Of a stretch of 64,000 bases of DNA, positions 30,595 to 41,226 are shown piece by piece (position 1 is the first letter of the stretch; every line of letters starts with the position of its first letter). Location: IMG/VR virus record IMGVR_UViG_3300045533_000060; one strand, written 5' to 3'. Source of the DNA: an uncultured virus (IMG/VR IMGVR_UViG_3300045533_000060) (taxonomy: Duplodnaviria > Heunggongvirae > Uroviricota > Caudoviricetes). Below the pieces are notes generated by a model. It saw nothing but the letters and a program-made list of their open reading frames with translations. It ran no database searches and was not told the DNA's origin. The position numbers were made by a program, and so were the translations under genes.

Positions 30595-31203
30595 TTATAG
30601 ATCAATTTCACCAGCTACATCTTTAGTAGCTGCTTCTGTTGATGGGGTTGGCTTAGGTTTATTAAATCCTACAGTTTTCTTTGGGGCAGTATTAGCAACA
30701 CCTATATTGTTCGTTGCTCCTTGTGCTTGTGTAGCTTGAGGAAACGCTGGTCCCTTAGCCTTAGCTTGCACTTCCTCTACGATATTCTTTTTAGGAGGAG
30801 CTGAGTTAATTCTTCCCATAGCTCCTTCTCCATCGTCATCAGTTGATCCGAGATTGACCAGACTTTGTAAGCCGTAGCGACGAGCATAAGAAATCCCAGA
30901 GCCGTGTGCCTGTGGGTCATTTTGCTTAGCACATAGTACTTCCGTGAGAGAAGAGATGAACTCTCCTGACTCATGGAGCAGTACAGTTTCGACATAAGCT
31001 CTGCCATCAACATGAACTGTTGGTTGAAGTACGCTAACTCCGTTGGCATTAAGAGCAGGTAGACATGCCTCTCGTACTGCATTAAGATCTGCATACGAAC
31101 TCTTAAAGAAAGGATTCTTAGAATCTTTTAAAGCATTTCCCATAGCACCTTGAGCTTTAACTAAAGCTGACGCAATCTTTGTAATTGACTCTGACCTATT
31201 CAA
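30595..31203 (-). CDS. erf: ERF family single-strand annealing protein
   Basis: KNPFFKSSYADL, LLHESGE, GSGISYARRYGL, DDDG. Confidence 0.92.
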   Translation of the reverse strand: MNRSESITKIASALVKAQGAMGNALKDSKNPFFKSSYADLNAVREACLPALNANGVSVLQPTVHVDGRAYVETVLLHESGEFISSLTEVLCAKQNDPQAHGSGISYARRYGLQSLVNLGSTDDDGEGAMGRINSAPPKKNIVEEVQAKAKGPAFPQATQAQGATNNIGVANTAPKKTVGFNKPKPTPSTEAATKDVAGEIDL

Positions 31204-31271
31204 GTGTTACCTCCTTGATCTTTGGTTTTGGTGTTGTTCCTGTATTCTTTCCTTTACTTCTACTAGCCATA

Positions 31272-31670
31272 CTAATTTATTCCTACTTTCATTCCTAACT
31301 GTTTTCTAAACTCCAACAAAGCTTCACCTAAACTAGTCTCAGTGGACTTCTCAACTACTCTAATACTAACTTGTCCATCTTTGTCTAGAGTCGCATCGAC
31401 AAACATGATAACCTTATTCCCCTTAGCATCTGTAGTCATTAGTACATTTGGATTAGATACTTTTATCTCAGGCTTAACTTCTTTTACCTTAACTTCTTTT
31501 GGCTTATTGGGATCAAGCAGAAGGCTGATCTTATCTAGGTCTTCCTGAGTTAATTTCTTAGCATGAGATCCAACTTCAAATCCTAGATCATTTATCTTTC
31601 TTATAAACTCTGCGGCAGGTTCTCCTCTTTTTTTAGCTAGTTCACCAACTGTCATTAAATAGTAAGACAT
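31272..31670 (-). CDS. protein with IF2 N-terminal-like domain
   Basis: MTVGELAKKRG...FIRKINDLGFEVGSHAKKLTQED fits IF2_N pattern. Confidence 0.6.
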   Translation of the reverse strand: MSYYLMTVGELAKKRGEPAAEFIRKINDLGFEVGSHAKKLTQEDLDKISLLLDPNKPKEVKVKEVKPEIKVSNPNVLMTTDAKGNKVIMFVDATLDKDGQVSIRVVEKSTETSLGEALLEFRKQLGMKVGIN

Positions 31671-32513
31671 TCATTTCCCCTTTGTTTCTTCGTATATGTC
31701 GGGGCTAAAGTACCCCTGATAACAATGCGTCCAAAATTCACACCGTCTACCAAAAGAATAGCACGACTTTTTGTTTTTTTCAAAACTATTATTTTTTATC
31801 TTGTCTAAAGTAGTTACAAACTTAGTTAGTACTTCTTGTTTTTTTTCTTCTGGAATTTTATCTACTATCACTTGAGTCTTATAATTCTTTTTATTTAAAG
31901 TTAGATAGCCAAACCATTCTATATCAGAAAACCCTGTGGCATATAAAGCCAACTGATCTTTAATTTGAACTGAGTTCTTTGAGTAAGCTTCGCTTGTAGT
32001 CTTATTATCTAGTAAGGCATTTACAATCTCACCGCTATCCAGTTCAATCATAGCAATTAAATCTAGCTTACCATATATACTATCTTCTGTTTCATTTCCG
32101 TCATCATCGTAACCTAGGATAGTTATCTCGTCTTGAATGGAAATCACTTTCTTAATTCTAGGAAGTATCTCCCTACAATAAGCCTCTAATAACTTATGCC
32201 CCTTGTACTTTAAAGATAAGAAGTTCTGCTGTGCCAAGGGAAGTTCTCTCTCCTCTTCAGTTAGAAGATCAACATCCAAGTCAGACTTGTAGTAGTCTAT
32301 TGTTACTGTGGAATATTTACTCCATTCGGAATCAAATATCTCATGGTACAATTGACTTCCTGCAAGCATGTCATTCAATGCCAAATCCAAGGCATTGCCA
32401 AAGCACAAGGCAGAACTCTGCGACGATGAACGATAGCGGAGTACATAGTGCAGATAATATTTATACCCGCATTGTTCATATTTCTCTCTAGCTGAGTGGC
32501 TTAGTCTAGTCAT
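31671..32513 (-). CDS. PD-(D/E)XK Cas4/RecB-like exonuclease
   Basis: LSHS..EKYEQC, GKLDL...LDNKT, QLALY, three C-terminal Cys. Confidence 0.85.
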   Translation of the reverse strand: MTRLSHSAREKYEQCGYKYYLHYVLRYRSSSQSSALCFGNALDLALNDMLAGSQLYHEIFDSEWSKYSTVTIDYYKSDLDVDLLTEEERELPLAQQNFLSLKYKGHKLLEAYCREILPRIKKVISIQDEITILGYDDDGNETEDSIYGKLDLIAMIELDSGEIVNALLDNKTTSEAYSKNSVQIKDQLALYATGFSDIEWFGYLTLNKKNYKTQVIVDKIPEEKKQEVLTKFVTTLDKIKNNSFEKNKKSCYSFGRRCEFWTHCYQGYFSPDIYEETKGK

Positions 32514-32953
32514 GCATCACCCAGATCCTCTTTACAATCAGGACATACCCAGAACTTAGAAGCTCCAGCAGAATTAATATATTTTTTAAGATGTCTACAT
32601 TTAGTGGAGGAAGTTTTAGGAGCAGGAGTCATGCCAGAAGGGAGAAGGTTCTTTGCCTTGATGGTTAACTTTCCTTTCCATACAGTCGTTCCCAAGTCCC
32701 AATCAAATTCATAATCATTGCCAGTAACATTAAGCCCACTGTTGAGTCTTCTGATTATGTCCTCAAAAGAATCAGTTATATCATGTTGATTAAAAATATA
32801 AAACTCATATAGTTCCTGAGTCGTAACATCAGCTTCGCTTCCAGAAGAATCTGTAATAATATATTTGTCAGTATTGTTCTCGTATGAATTAAACATATCT
32901 AAGTTCCCTAACTCATCAAAATGAAAATACCCAAAGTCATCTTGGTCATCCAT
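32510..32953 (-). CDS. hypothetical protein with C-terminal zinc finger
   Basis: CRH...CPDC. Confidence 0.55.
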   Translation of the reverse strand: MDDQDDFGYFHFDELGNLDMFNSYENNTDKYIITDSSGSEADVTTQELYEFYIFNQHDITDSFEDIIRRLNSGLNVTGNDYEFDWDLGTTVWKGKLTIKAKNLLPSGMTPAPKTSSTKCRHLKKYINSAGASKFWVCPDCKEDLGDA

Positions 32954-33881
32954 AACCCTCCCTATGAAATAAGAAAGCCTAGCAAAGCTAGAACTAAAGA
33001 ACTCCCTGTCAAAAAGAATATCTTGTTCTTAGCCTCCGGCTTCCTAATCTTGTCCGTTTCTCTAATCAGTCTAGTAGCGTAGAGTGCTATTCCAAAACCA
33101 ATTACTGCAATTATTTTACCTATCATAGTCTAGCTCCAATGGATCTTAAATGTTCTTTTACAAGTTCAGCCTTCTGCTCGATAGCCTGTTCGTCCAACGC
33201 AGGGAATAGACCTTCTAGAATTGTTTGCAGAGTGTCTTCTGTAAGTCGGAACTCTTCAGGAATACTGAAGGTAATATCAAGTGGAACTGTTCCGACATGA
33301 CTGGTAGAATATATAGTATAAGTATCTTTTGCAAGAATGTTTTGAATAATCAGTGACATGCTATCTCTAGGAATATAGATAGTCTTAGTTACTTTTAACA
33401 TAGCTCCTCCTTATACAGATACAAACATATAAACTAATAATATATCTAAAGCGATTCCAACAGGAAGTGCTACCTTTAAAGGAACACCAACTGCATGTAG
33501 TAATGTTATCATACAAACCTCCCATTTTCAATAAGAGCAACTATAGTACAGTATGGCATAGCTCTTTGAAGAACTGATCGCTGAGCTTCCACTTTTTCCC
33601 CCAACATTAAGTCGTCCATCAAGATAATGTAACTAGAAGTTACCATATTTTTATTTGATCTGTCGAGAGCAAAGAATTTAATTCGTATCATCATTTCCTC
33701 CCAATAAAAAAGTTATCTATAAAAAGAAATACTGAAGTTATAAAGTCGCCTAGTAAATTCATGATAGTAGACAAGATAGTTCCAACGATTGTGCCAAGTA
33801 CAATAGATACTTTAAATAAAAAAGCTAGAAGAGTTATCATAGTTTGCTCCCGTTTAGTTTAAGACCAGAGTTTTGCCCATG

Positions 33882-34217
33882 TTACATGAGCTTAATCATA
33901 TTAACTAGTTCCGTTACATACCGCATACCATTCTTTGTACACAGTTTGAGATGTTCCTTCATGGGTTGGAACACTACCCCATGAGGAGTGACGATAGCTA
34001 CAGTGTTAGATACCACAGCTTGCTTTTTTGACACAGCATCTACCTGCCATGCCCTATTGTGCAAGGTAGCTTTCTTTACTTCGACGAGCAGTACCTCTCC
34101 ACCTTTCATGGCTACAATATCTACCCCTTCATGAGTCTGTTCTTTCTGCTTACTGAGGGTAAAGCCGTTGTCCTTGAGAACCTTCCGTACTTTACTCTCT
34201 GACTTATTCTTTCTCAT
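33882..34217 (-). CDS. Hjc-like / PD-(D/E)XK endonuclease
   Basis: E..V...L...GF...GVDIVAMK...LVEVK. Confidence 0.7.
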   Translation of the reverse strand: MRKNKSESKVRKVLKDNGFTLSKQKEQTHEGVDIVAMKGGEVLLVEVKKATLHNRAWQVDAVSKKQAVVSNTVAIVTPHGVVFQPMKEHLKLCTKNGMRYVTELVNMIKLM

Positions 34218-34447
34218 GTTGCCCTCTTCACAAGCTTAATCAATATGTCTTGAGATACTGAGAACTTACACAGCATCTCTTTAAGACAATGCTCAGTCAC
34301 ATCTTCCCCTGTCTTGTGTGCTACGAATCTAACATTATATCCTGCATCAATTAATTCCTTGCACTCTCTTAGATTAACATACCTCGACGCATTATGCGAA
34401 TACAATTTTCTATTCTTATAATATGTGATCACAAAATCCTTATTCAT
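34214..34447 (-). CDS. PhaR-like (PHB/PHA regulator) DNA-binding domain protein
   Basis: I..YKNRKLYS...SRYVNL......I..G..V......TGEDVT matches PhaR N-terminus. Confidence 0.8.
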   Translation of the reverse strand: MNKDFVITYYKNRKLYSHNASRYVNLRECKELIDAGYNVRFVAHKTGEDVTEHCLKEMLCKFSVSQDILIKLVKRAT

Positions 34448-34873
34448 TTTATATTCTCCCCTATCTTTTTAGTACCTTCTCTTACTATATCACTCTTGTC
34501 AGTTTTAAAAATTGTATATTCCATATTATAGGGTTGCTTGTTCAACCAATATACCAATCCACTAAGAGTATCAAACTTAGGAGAAGTCTTTCTTCTACCA
34601 TTAAGAAGTAATCTTCTTGGAATTTGGTACACTATAAAAGCCACATACTTAGAGCTATCTGTTTTACTATCAGGTATTGGAAAGCTTGCCATTAGACTAC
34701 TCATACTCTAAACTCCTTATAGTCTTCAATCATTCCCTTTGCTAAGAGAACAGTGCCCTCGGTTATTCTAAAGGAAGTCCCGATATCTTGCAGCCTTGCG
34801 AAGATAAGGGCATCAGATAGAAGATTGAATTGGTGAGTTGTAATATTTCTATACTCCATTAATGTTACTGTAA

Positions 34874-35698
34874 TCATAGTGTCTCTCCACAGTTAGGACA
34901 GTAGTTAAGTCCCTCAATATCATGTAGCCCACAAGAGGGACAACTACCATCCCACTCATCTTCAATCTCAATATCTACAAGCTCATAAGCTGAAGGCACA
35001 AGCGGCTTACTGATGATCCCCTGTGATTCAGCAACCACCTTGAACTTACATACCCGCATCTTAGTACCATTGTAATCAGTAGGTACTGCAACAACATCGG
35101 AAGGATCGACCTCGACATCAAGTAGCTTGTCATCCCCAGATCCAAATGTACTGGCATAACACATTGTAGCAACGTGCAATCCATGTGAGCATACATTGTT
35201 AGGGTTGTCATCGACCTTAGACCTGTCAATCTGTACGACATTACCTACTGAGTTATCCATCTTACCTGTATGCTTATCAGAGAAGTCATTACGTACTGCA
35301 CGATAGGCAATGAAGTTACCTTCAGTTGTAATAGGATGACCGTTATGCTCAAGGAACTTGAACAACATCTGCCTACTGTTAAAGCTTGGGTTGTTCTTAA
35401 GCTTAGCCCAGAACTTTAGTAGTGGTTCGAATGGTAAGTTGTTGTTAAAGAAGTCAAGCACTCTAGCCGATAGTGATTCGGGTAGAGCGTCACCATCAAC
35501 ATGAACTATTCCATCAACAATTTGGAAACCTCGTTCACTAAGAGTATCAGCAACAGACAACAAAGGAATAATCTCGTCAAGTTTCCCCTCCTTAATCTTC
35601 TCGATGACCTTATCATAACGACCATCGGCTTTGTTAATTGTAGTTGTCTTACCTCCATGATTGAGGACAAGACTTTGTGGTAAAATAATGTAGTTCAT
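34874..35698 (-). CDS. rIIB: rIIB-like protein
   Basis: PITTEGNFIAYRAV, D.HTG, CSHGLH, V.P.DVVAVPTDY...KMRVCK; start reassigned to MNYIILP. Confidence 0.85.
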   Translation of the reverse strand: MNYIILPQSLVLNHGGKTTTINKADGRYDKVIEKIKEGKLDEIIPLLSVADTLSERGFQIVDGIVHVDGDALPESLSARVLDFFNNNLPFEPLLKFWAKLKNNPSFNSRQMLFKFLEHNGHPITTEGNFIAYRAVRNDFSDKHTGKMDNSVGNVVQIDRSKVDDNPNNVCSHGLHVATMCYASTFGSGDDKLLDVEVDPSDVVAVPTDYNGTKMRVCKFKVVAESQGIISKPLVPSAYELVDIEIEDEWDGSCPSCGLHDIEGLNYCPNCGETL

Positions 35699-35699
35699 A

Positions 35700-37571
35700 C
35701 TATACTCCTTTCGATTGTTTGTTAATCTCATCTGCGACAATTTGCATACTGCTAGTCGAGTAGTGACCCAAGCTACCAAGCACAGTAATCAACGGATACT
35801 TCTTAACTAGTTCCTCATATTCTTTTTTCATAAGATCATGCTCGGCTTTAAGCATCGGGAAGTTATTAAGCAAATACTTTTGTAGGTTATCCGCAGACTT
35901 TCTACGTTTAAACTTCTTAAGAACATTGATCTTCTCCCACCCATGCGGAAGGTTATCTAATCCTACCACATCCTGTTTGTTCTTGGATAGTAGGTAATTC
36001 TTGCCTTGTTCAATGGTCATACCTTTCTTTAATACCAAGTCCTTATTACACTTAGGAACATTAATAATCGTTAGGAAGTTAGCAAGTTCCTTAGCCTCGG
36101 TATATGTAATCTCATCAACAAATACGATAGGTGCAGATTCCTTATTTAATGTTTCAATAGACCACTGAGATCGTGTTCCATCTGTACTGATCTGCCAACA
36201 GATCGCATCTCTTGTACTCTTTTGTGTACGTTGTGCTGTCTTCTTCGGAGGCAATGGCAAACTATCCGCATCTAGTCGATTCGTGAAGATGATATCTTGA
36301 AATGGGATACCAGCAATAGCATCTGCACTTACCAATACCTTGTCTCTGTTAGACTCCAGATAATGATTAAGCTTACGAGCAAGTGTATTACTATTGTCGC
36401 TACTAGTGTAGACCAGTACAGTAAAATCAATTCTCGATGAGGAATTTAATTCATAATGAACCGATGCCCTTCTTCCTCGTCTTACATATCTATACGTGAT
36501 AGCTTGAGGACAAGATACAGAATCTTTGTTCATCTTGTAATTAGACCCCAAGTCAAGATCAAGTCTGGCAATCTGGTCGAAGCATGAGTAAGTTTTTTTA
36601 TGCTCAAGTCGGAACTTCAATGGAAGTGAAGTAGTATTAATTTTAGTGTTGCTTACATGTGCGATATCATTAAGACAATCAAACAACATCTTGCCTTGGT
36701 ATGTTTTGTTTTGATCATTAGTCTCAAGACGCTCTCTTGATGAGGCAATCTTGAAGTGACCATTAGGTACGTTGATAGTTACTATAGAATTACCAGAGTT
36801 TAATTGGTTTTGTTTTTGTTTCCAATAACTAGAGGCATAGTTATCTTCTTGCATCAAATCATATTCAATTCCATCAATCAGGTAAATTGTGCGAGCATCG
36901 TTGCCATGACAGTCGTAGGTATTCATATTGCCGAGCGTCAAAGTCGGCTTTAGTTGGTGAATGTCCTTGCTTCCAATAAACTTAATAGGCTCTTGCCAGA
37001 ATCGAACACATCGTTGTACTGCATTGCGGAACTCTGCAATATCTTTTGACTTAACTCCAATTGAAATCTCTACTCCATTGCGTTCTGTTGTGGGTTCTGC
37101 ATTGATTAAGTTTACTCCGCCATTGTCTCCAAGATGTGCAACATAAAGGTATTTAGTTCCTGCAACGAATGATGTGATAGTGAAGCTATCAGTATAACTG
37201 AAGGCAGACTTAGCACCAATACCAAAGCCACCAGTCTGAGCATTTGTATTCCTTTTAGTTGATGATCCATAGTTTACAAAGATGTGTTCCATTCTATCAG
37301 CAGAGATACCAATACCATAGTCACGCACTTTGAATACTGGTTCAAGTGTATTAGGTACAGTGATCTCAATTGGAAGCTTGCCCCATGTATAAGCTTCTCG
37401 CATAGCATCACGACCATTACAAATATACTCTTGTACTAGTGTACGAATCGGGTAAGCATATAGCTTACTCAGGATGTCAACCACTAGGCGAACATCAGAG
37501 ATGCCAAAGTTCAGAGCCTTGCTTGGCTCGACATTTGAATCAATCTTTACTGCGGTGTTGTTTATAATCAT
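35700..37571 (-). CDS. rIIA: rIIA-like protein (GHKL ATPase N-terminus)
   Basis: QEYICNGRDA, VRDYGIG, YGSSTK, GGFGIGAKSAFSY; adjacent to rIIB. Confidence 0.88.
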   Translation of the reverse strand: MIINNTAVKIDSNVEPSKALNFGISDVRLVVDILSKLYAYPIRTLVQEYICNGRDAMREAYTWGKLPIEITVPNTLEPVFKVRDYGIGISADRMEHIFVNYGSSTKRNTNAQTGGFGIGAKSAFSYTDSFTITSFVAGTKYLYVAHLGDNGGVNLINAEPTTERNGVEISIGVKSKDIAEFRNAVQRCVRFWQEPIKFIGSKDIHQLKPTLTLGNMNTYDCHGNDARTIYLIDGIEYDLMQEDNYASSYWKQKQNQLNSGNSIVTINVPNGHFKIASSRERLETNDQNKTYQGKMLFDCLNDIAHVSNTKINTTSLPLKFRLEHKKTYSCFDQIARLDLDLGSNYKMNKDSVSCPQAITYRYVRRGRRASVHYELNSSSRIDFTVLVYTSSDNSNTLARKLNHYLESNRDKVLVSADAIAGIPFQDIIFTNRLDADSLPLPPKKTAQRTQKSTRDAICWQISTDGTRSQWSIETLNKESAPIVFVDEITYTEAKELANFLTIINVPKCNKDLVLKKGMTIEQGKNYLLSKNKQDVVGLDNLPHGWEKINVLKKFKRRKSADNLQKYLLNNFPMLKAEHDLMKKEYEELVKKYPLITVLGSLGHYSTSSMQIVADEINKQSKGV

Positions 37572-37755
37572 AGTTCCTCCTCGTTAATTAGCTTCCATGC
37601 TATTTCGTTTTCATCAAATTGTTCTAACTGTACCCATGCTAGTTTCTCACTAGCTTGAAGCTCCTCGATCTCCTCAATCAGAGATGGAATATCTTCGTTG
37701 TTGATTGTGCCATATCGTTTCATGTGCGTCAATAGCTGGGCAAGTTTTTCCTTAT

Positions 37756-38268
37756 TCATGCCTCATCCTCAACGCTATAATAATCATGTATCCCAAACTC
37801 ATCTTTTATTTCATTCGGAATACTCTCAAAATCTTCGTAGTAAGATTCTCCATCTTCATTATTTAAAGTTCCTGCGAAGCACATGCCCCCTTCAAAATAC
37901 ATGGCACTTACTTCGAAGCCATCCTCTATTAACCTATGGTAGATTCCTAATGGTGGACACCATGCTGTTAAGAATGATGCTGTGATTGTAAACTCTCCAT
38001 CATCATCGTGCAGACTTACATTTGAGTCAATGATATCCCACTTCGTACCCCATTGAGACACACAAAAATCATACCAGTTATCAGTACCAAACTCAGCAAT
38101 CAATGCCTCATTAGGTTCTCTACTCGGAGATGTTGTATCTCTTAAAACTTCGGGTAAAGGGATTACTGCATTACACAGAGAGTTACTTAAGATTGCTTGA
38201 TATAACTTCTCAACTTTATCCTTATCTTTATGAGATAAGGTTAAAGAATTGTCACAGTAGTTGGGCAT
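37756..38268 (-). CDS. DUF1281/YubB ferredoxin-like protein
   Basis: MPNYCDN, WYDF...WGTKW, F.TAWCPP, YFEGG..FAG. Confidence 0.8.
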   Translation of the reverse strand: MPNYCDNSLTLSHKDKDKVEKLYQAILSNSLCNAVIPLPEVLRDTTSPSREPNEALIAEFGTDNWYDFCVSQWGTKWDIIDSNVSLHDDDGEFTITASFLTAWCPPLGIYHRLIEDGFEVSAMYFEGGMCFAGTLNNEDGESYYEDFESIPNEIKDEFGIHDYYSVEDEA

Positions 38269-38493
38269 ATAAACTCCTATTGTTGTTTCTCTTGTTCTTG
38301 ATATAGTTTACTTTCTACCAAAGCTAAGTCCTTCTCATACTGAAGCCACATAGAAACCTCATCAAGCTGCCAGTCAGATTGATTAAATAATTCAATCGCC
38401 TCAGTGATAGTGTTGATTCTTTTTATCAACCTCTCCATAGCTTGAGTGTCATTGTCAACACTCAAGCCACCATTTAATAATCTAAACTTCATG

Positions 38494-39237
38494 CTATGCT
38501 ACCTTCTGGGAAGCCAAGTCCCAGAGCATAGTGTTAATCTCTGTCTGAGATACTAGACTATTCACTCTACGGATAGCTTTATCTTTACGCTTACCATCTT
38601 GCTCAAGAATAACTCTCGCACCGCCTCGAATAAGATTCTCTTGAATCACATTCATCACAGTAAATAAGTCAGTTGCCTTATCTTCATCACGATAAACAGG
38701 CATCGAGAATGATTCAATCTTAGCATCTCCTAAGCGTTTAGTCAAAGCCTCACGTTGGAAGGCAATAATTTCCGATGGACTAAGGAGAGTTGACTTCATC
38801 TTGTCGATTGATTCAGTCAGCTTATGAGCTTGAGCAACGATGTGATTGATTGCTACAATCAGACGCTCATCGAAGCCATTACCTGAGTGACGAACTCTTA
38901 CAGGCTCAATGATGTTGTCGCCCACTACTAAACCATTAGAGCAAACGAATCGGAAGAAACCTAACTGTAATACTACACTACTTGTACCATCATGCGAGTT
39001 GGTGAGTAGTAGTTGAGGAACTCCGTCTGCTGTTGCCTTTAGATCGGGACTAGTAAAGATTGCCCGATGTTTCTGGAAACCTTGACGTTCTTTCTTACGT
39101 GTCTTAAGTGCTACAAACTTATCCATCGTGAAGCCTAGTCCTTCGATACGTTTCACCATCTCACTTGTCTTAGCAAGTTTATACTTGTCGCTAAGTGTTG
39201 GAAGTTTCTGGTCAAGTGTGTTGATTTCTGTTGTCAT
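38494..39237 (-). CDS. DUF932/DUF945 family protein
   Basis: FQKH, LLTNSHDG, G.FRFVCSNGLV, NVIQENL; start reassigned to MTTEIN. Confidence 0.85.
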   Translation of the reverse strand: MTTEINTLDQKLPTLSDKYKLAKTSEMVKRIEGLGFTMDKFVALKTRKKERQGFQKHRAIFTSPDLKATADGVPQLLLTNSHDGTSSVVLQLGFFRFVCSNGLVVGDNIIEPVRVRHSGNGFDERLIVAINHIVAQAHKLTESIDKMKSTLLSPSEIIAFQREALTKRLGDAKIESFSMPVYRDEDKATDLFTVMNVIQENLIRGGARVILEQDGKRKDKAIRRVNSLVSQTEINTMLWDLASQKVA

Positions 39238-39450
39238 GTGTCGTCCTTTTGTGTGAAGCGTCATGCTTCGATTGTTTTAATTATTACATATCGTAATATG
39301 GAATACTAGGTAGGTAATACTTGCCTCACCCGTAGATACTCTTCAACTATGTGGCTCAATATACCATAACGATCTTTACCAGAATTAACTAGTTCCTTTA
39401 TGTAGTTAATTTCCTCTTCGCTGAAAGTAATTCGCAATTGGATTTCAGTT

Positions 39451-39711
39451 TTATTCAATGTCATAACTTACCCCATCAAGCTTAATCTTTTTAAGCGTGT
39501 TGATATTAATAGTCCGGTATCCTTCGGATTGCATATCGAATACCACTAGATAATTCTTTTCTTCAGGGTCATAAGATAGCTCGCCACCTTTGAGATGTTT
39601 CTTCACACCTAATCGACAAGTCATCTCTCGAAGTGTACCATCTTTTTTCTCAAAGACCACCGAGAAAATTTTGCTACCCACTAAAGCTCTGATTTGTTTT
39701 GTTTCTGTCAT
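39451..39711 (-). CDS. SH3-fold (WYL-like) small protein
   Basis: F.V.FEKKDGTLREM...VVFD....YRTI. Confidence 0.7.
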   Translation of the reverse strand: MTETKQIRALVGSKIFSVVFEKKDGTLREMTCRLGVKKHLKGGELSYDPEEKNYLVVFDMQSEGYRTININTLKKIKLDGVSYDIE

Positions 39712-39712
39712 A

Positions 39713-40357
39713 CTATTCTCCTATGGTTTTATTAAAGACTCGTTGCCACCCGTCTTTTTTGCGGGACTTTTTAGCGACAAGTCCGACTAGTTTGATGTCG
39801 GGATTGTAAGCATTGTCATCAAAGGCAGAAGTATCCTGATAACCGAAGGCAAGTAATTGCTCAAGCGATTGGAATACTAGAGCGTGTTTGTCAGTCTCAC
39901 GATTGATAAGATCGTCACGTTTACCACCGAAGGAAAATGTTATCACCATATTACTAGGCAAAGTTTTCTTCCAAGTATTAACGTCAGACTTGAAGAAGTC
40001 AATCGACTTAGTGTAACTATAGAAGATAACAGATGGATTTCGTCGGGCAATTTCTATCCACTTATCAAGATAGTCCTCGGAATAATAATCACCTGCATCA
40101 TGTACTCTGACCGCACCGACTCGAAGCGTGACTAGTTCTTGACACATTACGTCAATGAAGTCATCTTGCTTAGACGCTTGAAGCCTACGTTCTTGAGCAT
40201 CTTTGACCGACTTGAATAAATAATTTCCACCTAAAGCAAAGCAACCGATGGCACATGCCCCAGCGTTCGGGCATGTTTTTAATGCCTCTAATCCGAAGCT
40301 TGCCGATCGAATTAAATTCTTTCCAATCTTAGTGTTACCCATTGATAATAAACCCAT
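39713..40357 (-). CDS. GP88-like (radical-SAM-related) protein
   Basis: TCPNAGACAIGCFA, RVHDAGDYYS, W..IA..P...FYSYTKS. Confidence 0.75.
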   Translation of the reverse strand: MGLLSMGNTKIGKNLIRSASFGLEALKTCPNAGACAIGCFALGGNYLFKSVKDAQERRLQASKQDDFIDVMCQELVTLRVGAVRVHDAGDYYSEDYLDKWIEIARRNPSVIFYSYTKSIDFFKSDVNTWKKTLPSNMVITFSFGGKRDDLINRETDKHALVFQSLEQLLAFGYQDTSAFDDNAYNPDIKLVGLVAKKSRKKDGWQRVFNKTIGE

Positions 40358-40365
40358 AATACCTC

Positions 40366-40665
40366 CTATTCATAGTCAACTTCATATTCAAAGACAATTA
40401 CAATCGAGTATTTTTCAAGTGTACCCCTAGCAATTGCCGACTTTAATAATGTCTTTTGATTCGGGGAAATATGCCCACCGAATTGAGTAGAACCACACAC
40501 TTCTACTACATGCCCTTTCCAATTGGGAAGATGGATATTCTCCACCGCCTCTTCATCAAAGTAGAATACTCGGTCGGGCATTTCATACCTGTAATTCAAG
40601 GTATAGGTTGACCGATATTCTGCACTATATCTACCCGTTGTTCTTAAAAACTCTTTTGTTCGCAT
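40366..40665 (-). CDS. hypothetical early protein
   Basis: RBS AGGAG; downstream of a TTGACG-N18-TAGAAT promoter. Confidence 0.6.
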   Translation of the reverse strand: MRTKEFLRTTGRYSAEYRSTYTLNYRYEMPDRVFYFDEEAVENIHLPNWKGHVVEVCGSTQFGGHISPNQKTLLKSAIARGTLEKYSIVIVFEYEVDYE

Positions 40666-40679
40666 CTTGTCTCCTGTTA

Positions 40680-41018
40680 TTATTCTATCGCTACAATACC
40701 CGATGCGTCAATCGTGGCAATCTTTGCCGACTTGATATCGGACTCGTCATCTTTCCTGACAAAACTAGTCCACTTGTAAGGATTGTATGTCACTTTAGTT
40801 GACTGACCTAGTAGGCTTACATCACCTACCCAGATACCTGAGCATCCTGCATGGACATTCTTAGACTTCTCTTGTCGGACTTTAGCATTACCTGCCTGAC
40901 CGACTAGGAATCTCACATCAGTCAAAGTAATACTGTCAACGTGAGCAATCACCTTGCCCTTATGCCTGACAGAATACCCGCCTCTATGCAAATTTCTATA
41001 AACATATACTCGCATCAT
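40680..41018 (-). CDS. conserved phage hypothetical protein
   Basis: VYRNLH...SVR...KVR.EK.KNVHA motif. Confidence 0.7.
   Translation of the reverse strand: MMRVYVYRNLHRGGYSVRHKGKVIAHVDSITLTDVRFLVGQAGNAKVRQEKSKNVHAGCSGIWVGDVSLLGQSTKVTYNPYKWTSFVRKDDESDIKSAKIATIDASGIVAIE
40682..40728 (-). promoter_or_regulatory. leftward sigma70-like promoter with upstream GGCAA-N3-TTGCC box
   Basis: Minus strand GGCAAAGATTGCC-ACGA-TTGACG-N18-TAGAAT. Confidence 0.65.
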
Positions 41019-41226
41019 TCACCTTTTCACACTCCGCATTATAGAGCGTGGCAAATTGTTCCAATACTCGTTCTTTATTACCCTTAAGAGAATACTCAGA
41101 TTTAATAATTGAGTATGCCGATCTACCCCTAGTCAATTGCATACCCGTTGCTATCTCGGTTCGCAATCCTAGCAATAGGACTTTCATCCTAAATAAATTC
41201 GTTTGAGCTTTACCTACTAATATCAT
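40996..41226 (-). CDS. hypothetical early protein
   Basis: RBS GGAGG; 76 aa. Confidence 0.6.
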   Translation of the reverse strand: MILVGKAQTNLFRMKVLLLGLRTEIATGMQLTRGRSAYSIIKSEYSLKGNKERVLEQFATLYNAECEKVNDASICL

